Assembly (NCBI RefSeq): GCF_006345805.1
Contig: NC_043013.1
Span: 2,170,001 to 2,234,000 of the forward strand
Direction of reading: 5' to 3'
DNA length: 64,000 bases
DNA from: Octopus sinensis
Taxonomy: Eukaryota
The notes under the pieces were generated by a model. That model had not been told where the DNA came from. It saw nothing but the letters and a program-made list of their open reading frames with translations, and made no database searches. Below, piece by piece: positions 1 to 64,000 of the stretch. Positions within the stretch are counted from its first letter, which is position 1; each line of letters starts with the position of its first letter. Position numbers and translations under genes: made by a program.

Positions 1-196
1 ATTTTGCACCAAAAGGCAAAATGAGAGTTTCTCCTATGGTATCTTCTGCAGTATAGTTTGTTCTAATAGAACATACACGTTTAAGTGGAGATAAACATGA
101 CTACTTAGTATCAATATTGCCTCTGTTCTGGCACTGTTATTCTACACATCACTGGCAAGGAGATGAATCACTGCTGTCTCTAGCAGTTGAGCATCT

Positions 197-607
197 TATT
201 TCTTTACTACCCAGAAGGAGGGGCTAAACACAGAGGGGACAAACAAGGACAGACAAAGGGATTAAGTCGATTACATCGACCCCAGTGCGTAACAGGTACT
301 TAATTTATCGTCCCCAAAAGGATGAAAGGCAAAGTCGAATTTGAACTCAGAACTTAACAGCAGGCAAAATACCTATTTCTTTATTGCCCACAAGGGGCTA
401 AACACAAAGAGGACAAACAAGGACAGACAAACGGATTAAGTCGATTACATCGACTGCAGTGTGTAACTGGTACTTAGTTTATTGACCCCGAAAGGATGAA
501 AGGCAAAGTCAACCTCGGCAGAATTTGAACTCAGAATGTAACTGCAGACGAAATACCGCTAAGCATTTCGCCCACCGTGCTAATGATTCTGCCAGCTCAC
601 TGACCTT
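197..607 (-). mobile_element. SINE family A copy with tandemly duplicated 3' half
   Basis: 197-372 repeats 373-550; flanked by near-TSD TGAGCATCT/TGGGCATCT. Confidence 0.8.
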
Positions 608-2836
608 GGGCATCTATCATTGTCAAGACCAAAGAAGGTCGAAATCACATGATTTGATGGTCTCAGTGCTGAAGGTAGCAGGGATTTCTCTCCCCACAAG
701 TGATATAAAACATGCATGCATTTTGTACCAAAGTCAATATGAAAGTTACTCTCATGGTAACTAATGCAGTAAAGCTTGTTCTAACAGAACATCCATGCTT
801 AAGTGGGGATAAATATTACCTCTGGTTATACGCACGAAAGGTAGATAATGGAAAACATGTCAGATTTGTGATACTGTAGAGTAGGGAAAGATCTATGGGT
901 GAAATATTGGTGCAGGCATGGTTGTGTGGTTTAGAATTTTGAATATTAACTATGTAGTTTCAGTGTTGAGCCTACTGCACACTTATGAGAGCAGTGCCCC
1001 TGCATGGCCACAGTTTAATGACTGAAACTTGTTAAAAGTAAAAGAATAGAGTACAGAAAGTTTGTATTGGACAGAAAGGAATTTCAATTCACTTCGTTGT
1101 TACTCGACACAAATTCTGTGGAAGAGACAACATGAAAGACCACTTGTTTGTTGCTTCTATATTTAAAACATTTCTATTGGCAACTGTTAGTTGAAGAGAG
1201 TCTTTATCTGCTCACCTGACATGCTAGAAGCAACAGTGAAATTTCCTTTACATCAGACCTAACAATTTGAAATAAAGTAGGAAACATCAAAAGATGTAGT
1301 CTCCAATATATAAAATAACAAGCTGGTCATGGTTGGAATGTGTTTAATCATAGCTCTGGTAAGTCAGTGCTGACCTATGGTCAAGCAACATCAATCAGAA
1401 TCCTTATCATCATAGCAGTAATGACCCCAGTGAAGCTGCTAATGCTTACAATGATATTAAAACAAATATAGTAAACTGCTTCACCTTTGGGTAGCATTTG
1501 AACACGTATTGAACAGCAGAGAATTTACCAATATTTTATTCTCGTTACCACCTTAACAACAAATATGTCATAATCTTTAATTTCCTTTATCAATTATATG
1601 TCTTAATTGTTATAGAGTTAATTAATTGCATTCATTTCAATAATTATCTCTGAGATATTGTGAGATGGTACATGATTAATTTGTTACACCTGATATTGTC
1701 CCACCATCAATAGATTATCAATATATTATTTCACAATATAATAATATTAATCAACTGAAAAGTGATGCAACTAGTTTATCAGTGAATTACAATTAGTCTT
1801 TCATTTAGACTTCGATCTTTGCATATGAAATTACCAAATACAATGAGACCAGCTCGTGGTTATTTTATAACCTTTACACTAAATCATGGGGGTGGGGGGA
1901 AGTTATCAGTAATCTCGAACTGTTAATGACTTAAAATGCCTTCATTATCTTATACTATAAGAAGAAAAATTATCTTTGATATTCAGATATTATCTTAATA
2001 TTCTCACCATGTCATAGATTGATAATGAGTTATCTGATAAGATTTTAATGTAAATGATATTATACCTTATAAGTATTAATTTGAGACAGAAAAGAGAAAC
2101 AGGTCTACTGACAGCATTACAGACTGTGTTACAGAATGTTCTGTCAGGTAATTGGTTCTATGTTCACCAGCAAGTAATAGATACAGGGTTCGAGTCTGGC
2201 CAGTGTTTCTTTTCTGTCTCAAATTCAACCAACATACATCATCATCATCATCGTCCTCGTCATCAACATTTAACGTCTGTTTTTCGTTCTGGTATGGGTT
2301 GGACGGCCTGACAAGAACTGGCAAGGCCAGGAGCCACACCCGGTTCCATAATCTGCTTCAGTTTGGTTTCTACAGCTGGATACCCATCCTAATTCCAACC
2401 ACTCCGTAGAGTGTACTGGGAGCTTTTAAAGTGGTACCAGCACCTACACCAAAGCTTTTTAAGTTTTAAGATCTCAATTCTGTGGTGGTGGGCAGATCTT
2501 TGTTCAGTAGTTAATTACATGGAGTGCAGTGACAATCTGAGCATGTTTCCCTCTCACCCTGTCAAATCTATCTCCGTGTGCTGAAGATTCTTGTAATAAC
2601 TGCAAAATCAAACTAAGCAAACTTGGTCTGGTGTGACGGTTACTTTCCTGCACTTTTGTTTTTATCATTGGGAGTATAGAAGAGCCCCACACAGTGTTTG
2701 AGTCTAAGGAAGTTCTTGATGTTGTGGCTATTTCTGTGTGTATGTGAGTTTTTTGTGTTTCTTTGGATTGAGTGGTAAAGATAGTTTTCTTAGGATGTTG
2801 TTGTCATAGTCTTCTGCAATATTGCAGATGTGCCTG

Positions 2837-3141
2837 TGGAGGCACATGGCCTAGTGGTTAGAGCAGCAGACTTGCGGTTGAGGGATCGCTGGTTCGAATC
2901 TCAGACCGGGTGATGTGTGTGTTTATGAGCAAAACACCTAAGCTCCACACGGCTCTGGCAGAAGGTAATGGCGACCTTCTGCTGACTCTTTTGCCACAAC
3001 TTTCTCTCACTCTTTCCTCCTGCATCTTGCAGCTCACCTGCTATGGACCGGCATCCTGTCCAGGTGGGGAACCTATAAGCCAAGAAACTGGGAAACTGAC
3101 CCTTATGAGTCAGACGTAGCTTGAGAAGGAACAAACAAACA
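2837..3141 (+). mobile_element. tRNA-derived SINE with 13-bp TSD
   Basis: A box TGGCCTAGTGG, B box GGTTCGAATC, (AAAC)n tail, TSD GCAGATGTGCCTG at 2824-2836 and 3142-3154. Confidence 0.88.
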
Positions 3142-4599
3142 GCAGATGTGCCTGCATATTTGAGGATAACTTTTTTCTGTGTAGTAGCAATGACTGTCAT
3201 GGATGGAGCTTGCTGCAACCAGGAACTGTGCCTGTTGCATATCCATGTGGAGTGTTATTTCATTGTTAGTATTTCTGTTTTGTTGTGTACAATAAAACAG
3301 AAATATTAACAATGAAAGAACAATGAGTGTGAGCAGTTAGATATGGATGCAGTATCATTGTTTTATCATTATAGTGTTGCATGCATTTTGCATGACAAAA
3401 CCATAAGATCCGATATGATGGTCATGTAGGGAAGACTGCCTTCTCTGTGACAAGAAATTTTGCAAGCAACTGCAGTTATATTTTGTTATTCAATTGATTT
3501 AGGCCAGCAGAAGTAAGAGACTTTGTGTGACTACTATTTTACTTCAATAAAAACTTTACTGTAGACACATTAATGGACTTAAACAAGGTTCTCTGTCCAC
3601 GATAATAAATACAATCTATTTGTCAATAATAATTTCTTCCAATTCGTGATGTAACAATGGTGTCGCTGGTAGGATTTGGAAAATACTAATACGTGATCCT
3701 GCTTTGACTGATACCTCAGTTAAGATACATTTCAGCCACTGCTGAGGGTAGAAGCTCAAGGTATCTGCTGAGAGTAAAGAACCAATTGATATTTTTATTT
3801 CATCTTTAAAGCTGGGGGGGGGGAGACATTAGATAGTCTCCGATGGAGTACCTTGTGTTGAAAGAGATGCACTTCACAGGCCTAAAAAAGACTACAATAT
3901 CCCCAATAAGAACAAAGAAGAAACTGGTTATTGCTAAACGGTTACACTTTCTGGTTCAGAAGCAAACACCATCAGAACCAATACATCAATATTATGAAAG
4001 TGAGGCAGCATGTTTTGGGGAATTTGATAAGGTGGGGACAGAAGGACAATCTGCTGAGGTTGCCCTGATATAAATGTGACTCACTGATGGACTGATAAAT
4101 TATGTACACTCTGAAAATATTAGAACATGCAGTTCTAGGAAATGCTTTGGCTAAGTTGTAATAACTATATTTGGCAGTTTGAAATGATAGCCAATTTTAC
4201 TTGGTTCCTACAATGATGACAATTACATTAAAAGAATTGTCAGTGTTGTAGACAGGGAGTGTCAGAAAGAAGTCAAATGCAAATTTTGTGGCTCTGCCCC
4301 ACACGTAAGGAGGTATCCTGTTTTTGGGAAGATATGGAATATCTTAAGAAGAACTTTTCAGAAATCCAGCAATATCTTCCAAGCAGGTTGGCATAATTGA
4401 TGACATAACAATGGGGATAGTAGGGGCCCAGGCAAGATGGATCTGGTGTACTGGTTAAACATCATTGTTGTTGCCCCATTTCTGTTATCCAAAAAGAAGA
4501 ATTGTGAATCTCTAAGTGTGCTTGTTGGGGTGTTTTACTTTCTTTACTACGTCTTCTGAGTTGTGACTATTGTGGAAATGGTGTACACAACTTGTAGTA

Positions 4600-4880
4600 T
4601 TTTAATCTCCTGTTTGTGTGTAGTATGTCGATATTGTTTGGACCCAGGTTTCTAGGTGATCTATGAAGTTTTGGAGTAATAGAGACCTATGTCTGGGAAA
4701 TAGTTGGAGGATATGAGAGCGATATCATCTGCTGTATATGTATATTCTGAGAAGCTGAGGAAAATCAAAAGAGTATACTTGAAGAAGAATATGTGACTGA
4801 GTGGAACCTTGTCGAACCCAATTTAAGAAATTTTTGTACAATACATAATCTGGATACTACAAGAGTTTACAAGGCAGCGT
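4600..4880 (-). pseudogene. Highly decayed LINE RT relic
   Basis: VRQGSTQSHILLQVY..DFP followed (frameshift) by TADDIALIS. Confidence 0.55.
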
Positions 4881-5906
4881 TTTGTATTGTTTCTTGAGGA
4901 AGTGTTAAATAGCTAAATGACCTTCAGATTTCACTCTACCATCTTAACAACACATTTATATGGAATATGCAAATAACAGAAAAAGAATGGCTAACTACAA
5001 TTCATAATAAATATTTTACTCAAACTGTTTTCATTAAGATTTACAAATTGTTTCATTAGCAGATTGTAAAACATATAAATAAACATATTTATTGAAACTG
5101 CACATCTGCTCAATATTTAATGAGATGGTATCAAAAAATAAACAGAATTGTGAATATTTTATCTGATTCCAGATGACAATTTAGGATAAGAGAGATACAC
5201 CGTCTAGTCAATCTGAGAATGTCATTTTTTTTCATTACACTTGCTAATTAAGTATTTAATAATTGGCTTTATAATGAGTTCTATAAATTTTCAACATTAT
5301 AAAAGAAATATATCCTCTCAATTCAAGAAACATATATGATATATTGTTGTTTAGAGGTGAGAAAAAAAACCATAATCAAAATTTATAACAAGAGATGCAA
5401 CTTTCTCCCTTCATGTTCTATAAATGGCACTCCGTCAGTTATGAGATGAGGGTTGCTGTTGATCTAATCAATGGAACAGCCTGCTGGTGAAATTAACATG
5501 CAAATGGCTGAGTACACCACAGACACACATACCCTTAACATAATTCTCAGAGAGATTCAACGTGATACGCCGAATGTGACAAGGCTGGCTCCCTGAACGG
5601 CAGGTACAATTCATTTTTGCCAGGTGAGTGGACTGGAGCAATATGAAATGAAATGTCTTGCTTAAGCAAACAACACACTGCCATGAACCAAACTAGTGAC
5701 TGTGAGCTGAATACCCCAACCACCAAGCCATACACCTTCTAAAGCCATCAACTAACTGCATATGTCCCATTGTCTCCTTCCCTGTCAATACCTCTTTAAG
5801 CATTTTTATCCATAAATCACCATTTTTCAGCAGAAGGAAAGTATTGTGTCACATGACCAAATCAATTATTTTTTTGTCTTTAAAAAACTAACAGAAGATA
5901 ACTTAC

Positions 5907-56915
<51,009 letters not shown>

Positions 56916-57252
56916 CTGTCAAAGAAAGAACAAGTTGCACATTTATTAATGGATTTATTTATTTATTTTCATTCAGTTATTTCCTGCTGATGTCTAATAT
57001 AATATGTAGAATTTGGGATAATATATTGTGTTACTGGAATAAGTTTTAATTCATTTAGCCATTTTCCCTAACAGCATAAATGTTTCAAATATTGAAATAT
57101 ATATTTTCAACAAGAACATATCTATTTATCTATCTGTCTATCTTTATATATATATATATATATATATATATGAGTATGTGTATATATGTATGTATGTGTG
57201 TGTATGTATATATATATATGTGTGTATATATATATATCTGTATATATATGCG

Positions 57253-57283
<31 letters not shown>

Positions 57284-57371
57284 TATATATATGTGTGTAT
57301 ATATGTATGTATGTGTGTGTATGTATATATATATATATATATCTGTATGTGTGTGTATGTATGAGTGTGTG

Positions 57372-57414
<43 letters not shown>

Positions 57415-58409
57415 TGTACGTACTGTAAACAAAGTGAAAATATAATAAAATATTGACAGAAATCATTGGATTTCTTGGTATAAGTTTGATACTTTAAATA
57501 TTTGCTTTCCATGCTGATAAATGGTTGGAAACAAATATTTGCTTCCTATCCTCATAAATTATGGGAAATAAAGCTAATAACGAAAAAAGTGTTGTTGTTA
57601 GAAATCAGAAGAATCAGAAGAGTGGTAGGTCTCCATTCCAATTCCATTAATCAAATATCTTTAATCTTTTATTTGTGAAGTGTCAGACTTGGTTTTTTGC
57701 AGAGCTTTTAGTGTTTCGCTATTGTTTAATTTTCATGAAAGGGTTTCGACAATTTAGCAGGAATTCATTAATTTTATGAATCAGTAACGTCTCGAAGCCC
57801 TTCTTGACATAAAAATAGCATTGATACAACACAATCAGAGTTCAAAGATAAATCTATCTTGGATTTGTGTAGGCATGGCTGTATGATTAACTAGTTTACA
57901 TATCAAACAGTAGTCTCGGGTTCAATTCTTATGTGCAGCACATTGGGAAAGTGTCTTCTATCATAGAATTGGATCAACCAATGCTGTATAAGTGATACAG
58001 GCTGACAAAACTGTACAAAAGATCATTAAATGAATGCATGCACCCACTCGCATACACACATACAAGAAAAAGAGAGACACAGACACACAGACAGATCTGC
58101 AAAACGTTTGCATTATCTGATACAAACCCAACACTTTTAACGTGTCTTTTTTTTACATTATTAAAGCCATTGTGTCTTGTATAAGTCATGAAGTCCTCTC
58201 CATTCTTTTACTTTTTTACTTGTTTCAGCCATTTGACTGCGGCCATGCTGGAGCATTGCCTTAAAGGATTTTACTCGAAGAAATTGCCCTCAGGACTTGT
58301 TCTTTGTAAACCTAGTACTTATTCTACCATTCTCTTTTGCCAAACCACTAAGTTACAGGGATATAAACACACCAGCATCGGTTGTCAAGCAATGGCAGGT
58401 GGGGGACAA

Positions 58410-58457
<48 letters not shown>

Positions 58458-58632
58458 CACACACACACACAACACCACCACAAACATACATATATATATA
58501 TATATAATGATTCTGGGTTCAGTCCCCGCTGCATGGCACCTTGGCCAAGTGTCTCCTACTATAGCCTCGGGCAGACCAAAGCCTTGTGAGTGGATTTGTA
58601 AATGGAAACTGAAAGAAGCCTGTTGTATATAT

Positions 58633-61227
58633 ATCATCATCATCATCATCGTTTAACGTCCGTTCTCCATGCTAGCATGGGTTGGACGGTTCGACCGGGG
58701 ATCTGGGAAGCCAGAAGGCTGCACCAGGCTCCAGTCTTATCTGGCAGTGTTTCTACAGCTGGATGCCCTTCCTAACGCCAACCACTCCGTGAGTGTAGTG
58801 GGTGCTTTTTACGTGCCACCTGCACAGGTGCCAGGCGAGGCTGGCAACGGCCACGGTCGGATTGGTGTATTTTATGTGCCACCGGCACGGAAGCCAGACG
58901 AGGCGGTGCTGGCATCGGCCACGAGTCGGATGGTGCTTTTTACGTACCACCAGACCAGGGATCCTGGCTGGTTCAATTCGATTTCGATTTCGCTTGCCCC
59001 AACGTCTTCGCAAGCAAGGGGGTTGGCATGGTGCCTGTTGTATGGTCAGATTGGTGTATTTTACGTGCCAGAGCACGGAGCCAGTGGAGGCGGCGCTGGC
59101 ATCGGCCACGAGTCGGATAGTGCTTTTTACGTACCACCAGACCAGGGAACCTGGCTAGTTCGATTCGATTTCGCTTGCCCCAACATGTCTTCGCAAGCAA
59201 GGGGGTTGGCATGGGTGCCGTCGTACGGTCAGATTGGTGTATTTAACATGCCACCGGCACAGAAGCCAGTGGAGGCGGCGCTGGCATCGGCCACGAGTCG
59301 GATAGTGCTTTTTACGTACCACCAGACCAGGGATCCTGGCTGGTTCAATTCGATTTTGACTTCGATTTCGATTTCGCTTGCCCCAACATGTCTTCGCAAG
59401 CAAAGGGGGGTTGGCATGGGTGCCTGTTGTCGGATGAGGTTCTATATCGACTTCGCTTGCCCCAACAGGTCTTTGTGTCCAAGGGAGGAAAGGCATTCAT
59501 AAGTGGGCTGGGCTCACTTGTCCTGCCTGGTCTTCTCACGTACAGAATATTTCCAAAGGTCTCGGTCGCTGGTCATTTCCTCAGTGAGGCCTAAAGTTCG
59601 ACGGTCGTGCTTCACCACTTCGTCCCAGGTTTTCCTGGGTCTACCTCTTCCACGGGTTCCCTCAACTGCTAAGGATTAGCACTTTCTCACACACCTATCT
59701 TCATCCATTCTCGCCACATGACCATACCAGCGCAAACGTCTCTCTTGCACACCACAACTGATGCTTCTTAGGTACAACATTTCTCTCAAGGTACTAACGC
59801 TCTGTCAAGTAAGTACACTGACATTACACATCCATCGGAGCATACTGGCTTCATTCCTCACGAGCTTACGCATGTCCTCGGCAGTCACGGCCCATGTTTC
59901 ACTGCCATGTAGCATGGCTGTTCGTACACACGCATCATACAGTCTGCCTTTTACTCTGAGCGAGAGGCCTTTAGTCACCAGCAGAGGTAAGAGCTCCCTA
60001 AACTTTGCCCAGGCTATTCTTATTCTAGCAGTTACACTTTCAGCGCACCCACCCCCACTACTGACTTGGTCACCTAGATAACGGAAGCTATCAACTACTT
60101 CTAGTTTTTCCCCTTGGAAAGTGACTGAAGTTATTTTCTGCAGATTTTCGGAGGTTAATGCTCCTGAGCATCTGCCACATACAAAAACTATCTTCCCAGT
60201 TAGCCTACCTTTGACATTGCTGCACCTCTTATGTGTCCATAGCTTACACTGGGTACATTCTTATAGAGTTTCTACCTACACACTTTTCTACAGATCGAGC
60301 AGGGCCATCTTCCTGAAGACATTTGTGGATTGTCTACCTTCCTACTTATTAGTACTTTGGTTTTAGCTAGGTTGACTCTAAGGCCCCTCGATTCTAAACC
60401 CTCCTTCCACACCTGGAACTTCTCCTCCAGCTCTGATAGTGACTCAGCAATAAGAGCAAGGTCGTCAGCATAGAGGAGCTCCCAGGGACAACCTGTCTTG
60501 AATTCCTCCGTAATTGCCTGTAGGACTATGATAAATAGGAGGGGGCTGAGTACTGAACCCTGGTGGACCCCAACCTCTACTTTGAATTCTTCTGTGTACA
60601 TGTTGCTAACCCTAACCTTACTTACGGCATCTCTGTACATGGCTTGCACAGTCCTCACCAGCCATTCATCTATCCCTAGTTTCCTCATTGACCACCAGAT
60701 AAGGGATCGGGGGACCCTATCAAAAGCTTTCTCCATGTCAACAAAAGCCAGGTACAGGGGCTTATCTTTGGCTAGGTATTTCTCCTGCAGCTGCCTTACC
60801 AGGAATATAGCATCCGTGGTACTTTTCCCTTGCACGAACCCAAACTGCATCTCATCCAAACTAACTCTCTCTCTAATTAGTTGGGCTATGACCCTCTCCG
60901 TAACCTTCATTACTTGATCCAACAGCTTGATACCTCTGTAATTATTTGTATCTAGGGCATCACCTTTACCTTTGTAGCAGTTGACTAGTATGCTGCTACA
61001 CCAGTCATTGGGTATGACTCCTTCGTGTATCACCTGGTTGACTATACGGGTGACTAGGTTATAGCCGACACTGCCAGATATTTTGAGCATCTCTGCAGTA
61101 ATTCCTGATGGGCCGGTGGCTTTCCCTGTCTTCATGCTTCTAATTGCCTTAGCTACCACGGAACTATCAACTCGGATAGCTGGTCCCTCTGTTGGGTCAA
61201 CATTCGGCAGACTCTCTTTATCCCATT

Positions 61228-61232
<5 letters not shown>
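58633..61232 (-). mobile_element. RTE-clade LINE, 5'-truncated, fairly young; RT plus C-terminus (59514-61230) and repeat-containing 3'UTR ending in (GAT)n
   Basis: ORF 60272-61159: YRGIKLL, QFGF, FVDMEKAFD, GVHQGSVLSPLLF, LLYADD; downstream FRYLG, GSETW, RLRWYGHV, RGRGRPRKTW; two +1 indels near 60260-60281 and two stops. Confidence 0.93.
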
Positions 61233-61259
<27 letters not shown>

Positions 61260-61798
61260 CATCATCATCATCATCATCATCTTCGTTTAACGTCCGTTTT
61301 CCATACTAGCATGGGTTGGACGGTTCAACTGGGGTCTGGCAAGCCAGGAGGCTGCGCCAGGCCCAGTCTGATCTGGCAGTGTTTCTACAGCTGGATGCCC
61401 TTCCTAACGCCAACCACTCCGAGAGTGTAGTGGGTGCTTTTTATGTGCCACCTGCACAGGGGTCAGACGAGGCTGGCAACGGCCACAATCGGAAGGTGCA
61501 TTTTACGTGCCACCGGCACGGAGGCCAGTCGGGGTGGGGCTGGCAATGGCCACATTCGGACAGTTCTCTTATGTGCCACCGGCACTGGTATCTCAGCTAC
61601 AATTTCCATTGATGTTGGGAGATTTCGATTTTGATTTTGATTTTGATTTTGATTTTCACTTGCCTCAACAGGTCTTCACAAGTAGGGTTTGTGTCACAAG
61701 AAGGAACGGTATGCATAAGTGGGCTGGCTACGTCCCAGGTAGAGGCCATGGGTTATGGTCTCACTTGTCCTGACACACACACATATATATATATATAT

Positions 61799-61830
<32 letters not shown>

Positions 61831-62801
61831 ATATTATATATATATATATGTCTGTGTTTATACGTTTGTGTGTCTGTGTTTGTCCCCTCAACATCGCTTG
61901 ACAACCGATGCGGGTGTGTTTACGTCCCCGTAACTTAGCAGTTTGGCAAAAGAGACCGACAGAATAAGTACTAGGCTTACAAAGTTATAGGTCCTGGGGT
62001 CGATTTGCTTGACTAAAGACGGTGCTCTAGCATGGCCTCAGTCAAATGACTGAAACAAGTAAATGAGTAAAAGACATATATACACACACAATAAACTAAT
62101 TAACTAACTAACTAACTAACTAACTAACAATGGGTTTATCATTTCTTTAATGACAATAGTTAGTTTTAATTTCCTCAAGCCTTTGATCTTCAATTTAACA
62201 CTAATTTTCTCTACAAGGCTTTCCACTGATCCTAAAAACAAACCTTCTACTCAAAAATTATTAATCTTTTCAGCTTCCTTATGTTTTGTTCCCTTCATCA
62301 TCAACAGCCTTTAGTCCCCTATTGTGAATAACACTTAACCCATTAGCATTTAAACTGGCTATACCTGGCCAAAATATTCTACCTGTTTTATGTTCAAACT
62401 GACCAGATCTGGCTTCTCACACTTACCCTGCATTGTCTTTCTAAAAATAAACAATCACATCATCAAATTCTTGAATCTACAAGATAATGCAGGATTAATT
62501 CAAACAATGTGAATTAATAAGGATTACTTTTGACAGAATAATCTGAATGCTAAAGGGTTGAGTCCCCTGCATGAACATGCCCATATAAGTGGTAAGAAGT
62601 TTGCTTCCCAACCACATGTTTCTGGGTTCAATCTCATTGCGTGGCACCTTGGGCACATGTCTTTCACTATCACCTCAGACTGATCAAAACCTTGCAAGCA
62701 GATTTGGTAGACAGAAACTGAAAGAAGCCCATTGTGTATGTGTGTGTGTGTTTGCATGTGTGTGCATGAGTGTGCATGTGTGTGAGTGTGTGTGTATGAG
62801 T

Positions 62802-62847
<46 letters not shown>

Positions 62848-64000
62848 ATGTGTGCGTAAGTGTGTGAATGTGTGTGTGCGAGTGTGTATGTGTTCGCATG
62901 CGTGTATGTGCATGTGTGTGTGCATGTGCGTGAGTGTGTGAGTGTGTGTGTGTGTGTGTGTGCATGTGAATGTCCCACCACTGCTTGACAGCATACAGTT
63001 ATTACAATTAAATATTTCACCAATCATTAGTTGGTTTGTGTGGTTCAGACATAATTGATGAAACCTATCCTTAAAAATTGAATTTAAATCCAGACCATCA
63101 ATAAATTTATTGACTAAAGGAACAGTTTCAAATTCGTTTCCAACCTCAGAATATAGAAATGGATGAAATGCCGCTAAGCATTTTACCCAGCATGCTAATA
63201 ATACTGTCATCTTGCTACCCTAACTAGCATCTGTAATATTAATATTACCACATATGCTCTTTAAACTTTTAAATTAATACGATCTCAGTAACACACATTT
63301 GTATAACTACCCTTAAGTATATATAAAGCCCATTAATCTTCTTCCACCTTATCTGTAACTCTTTAAGCATTCGTTTTATCAACTTTCTTTCTCCTTCTGA
63401 GATTACCTTACCTTCTTAGAATCTGGTAGTGTAAAATAAAAGCAGTCTGCATTTTACCATGTGACATCGTTTCGTCTCTCATAACCATACTGTTTAAGGC
63501 CATTGAATGTATATTCCAAACTGCTGATCTAACCACAAAATTTTCCCTTTTGACCAGTCAATAACTCCGTATACCAGAAGCCAGCAAGTGTATGGGGTCA
63601 TCAGGAGAGAATGCGTGCCGTTTCGGGGCCTACATCTCAATGGCATCAATGCGCATCAGCACCCCTCACTGATATGAGGCCCTGCTTGCTAGATCAGCTG
63701 ATTATCAAATAAAGCTCACTATCCTTCTAGCCATCATTATATAATCATTGTTTAATGTCCACTTTCCATGCTGGCATGGCTTAGATGGTCTGACAGAAAA
63801 TAGCAGGCCAAAGAACTGTACCAGGCTGTATTATCTGTTTTGGCACAGTTTCAGTGACATCCACCCCATATCAACCACTTTAGAGAGTAAACTGAATGCT
63901 TTTTACATGGCATCAACACAGGTGGGAGTCACATAGTAATTTGCAAGATAAAGACCCCTGGCTGGTCAGGGCAGTAGTACTGAAGGAGGTGGTCTTGTGC

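Noticed and set aside
2837-2910. tRNA gene
   Set aside because: The tRNA-like head continues into a SINE body with a tail and TSD.
2550-3460. Penelope GIY-YIG relic on the minus strand
   Set aside because: Only faint similarity across frameshifts; cannot be supported.
1-5900. Next downstream dynein exon
   Set aside because: No phase-1 exon with the expected GF-x2-A-x2-LA pattern was found; it probably lies beyond the window.
58669-59502. 277-aa plus-strand ORF
   Set aside because: Antisense read-through of the repetitive LINE 3'UTR; no protein motif.
62524-63210. 228-aa ORF
   Set aside because: Mostly (CA)n and SINE sequence.
57000-64000. Further upstream dynein exons (candidates near 57720-57803 and 63412-63528)
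   Set aside because: No candidate combined an open frame, a phase-0 donor and dynein similarity.

Overview
AT-rich, microsatellite- and SINE-dense animal genomic DNA. It is most likely a coleoid cephalopod (Octopus), an inference from the repeat landscape only. The backbone is an internal part of one minus-strand, multi-exon dynein heavy chain-like gene. I reconstructed 19 exons by hand (about 1,010 aa, 5907-56915). They cover the end of the tail, the linker (LRPRHW and PRFYFLS motifs) and AAA1. 17 of the 18 junctions fit GT-AG with matching phase. In AAA1 the Walker A, Walker B and sensor I motifs are all degenerate although the frame is open, which suggests a motor-dead dynein. The introns hold tRNA-derived SINEs and fragments of Tx1-, RTE-, BovB-, CR1- and R4/Dong-like LINEs. 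They also hold a Gypsy integrase relic, piggyBac-type and 8-bp-TSD MITEs, several long fold-back palindromes and a 1.3-kb tandem duplication. One palindrome carries a Penelope-type minimal hammerhead ribozyme on each strand. One RTE-like LINE has a C4HC3 (PHD-like) finger inserted in its RT region. Most ORFs in the supplied track are microsatellite or SINE artefacts. No database searches were run.
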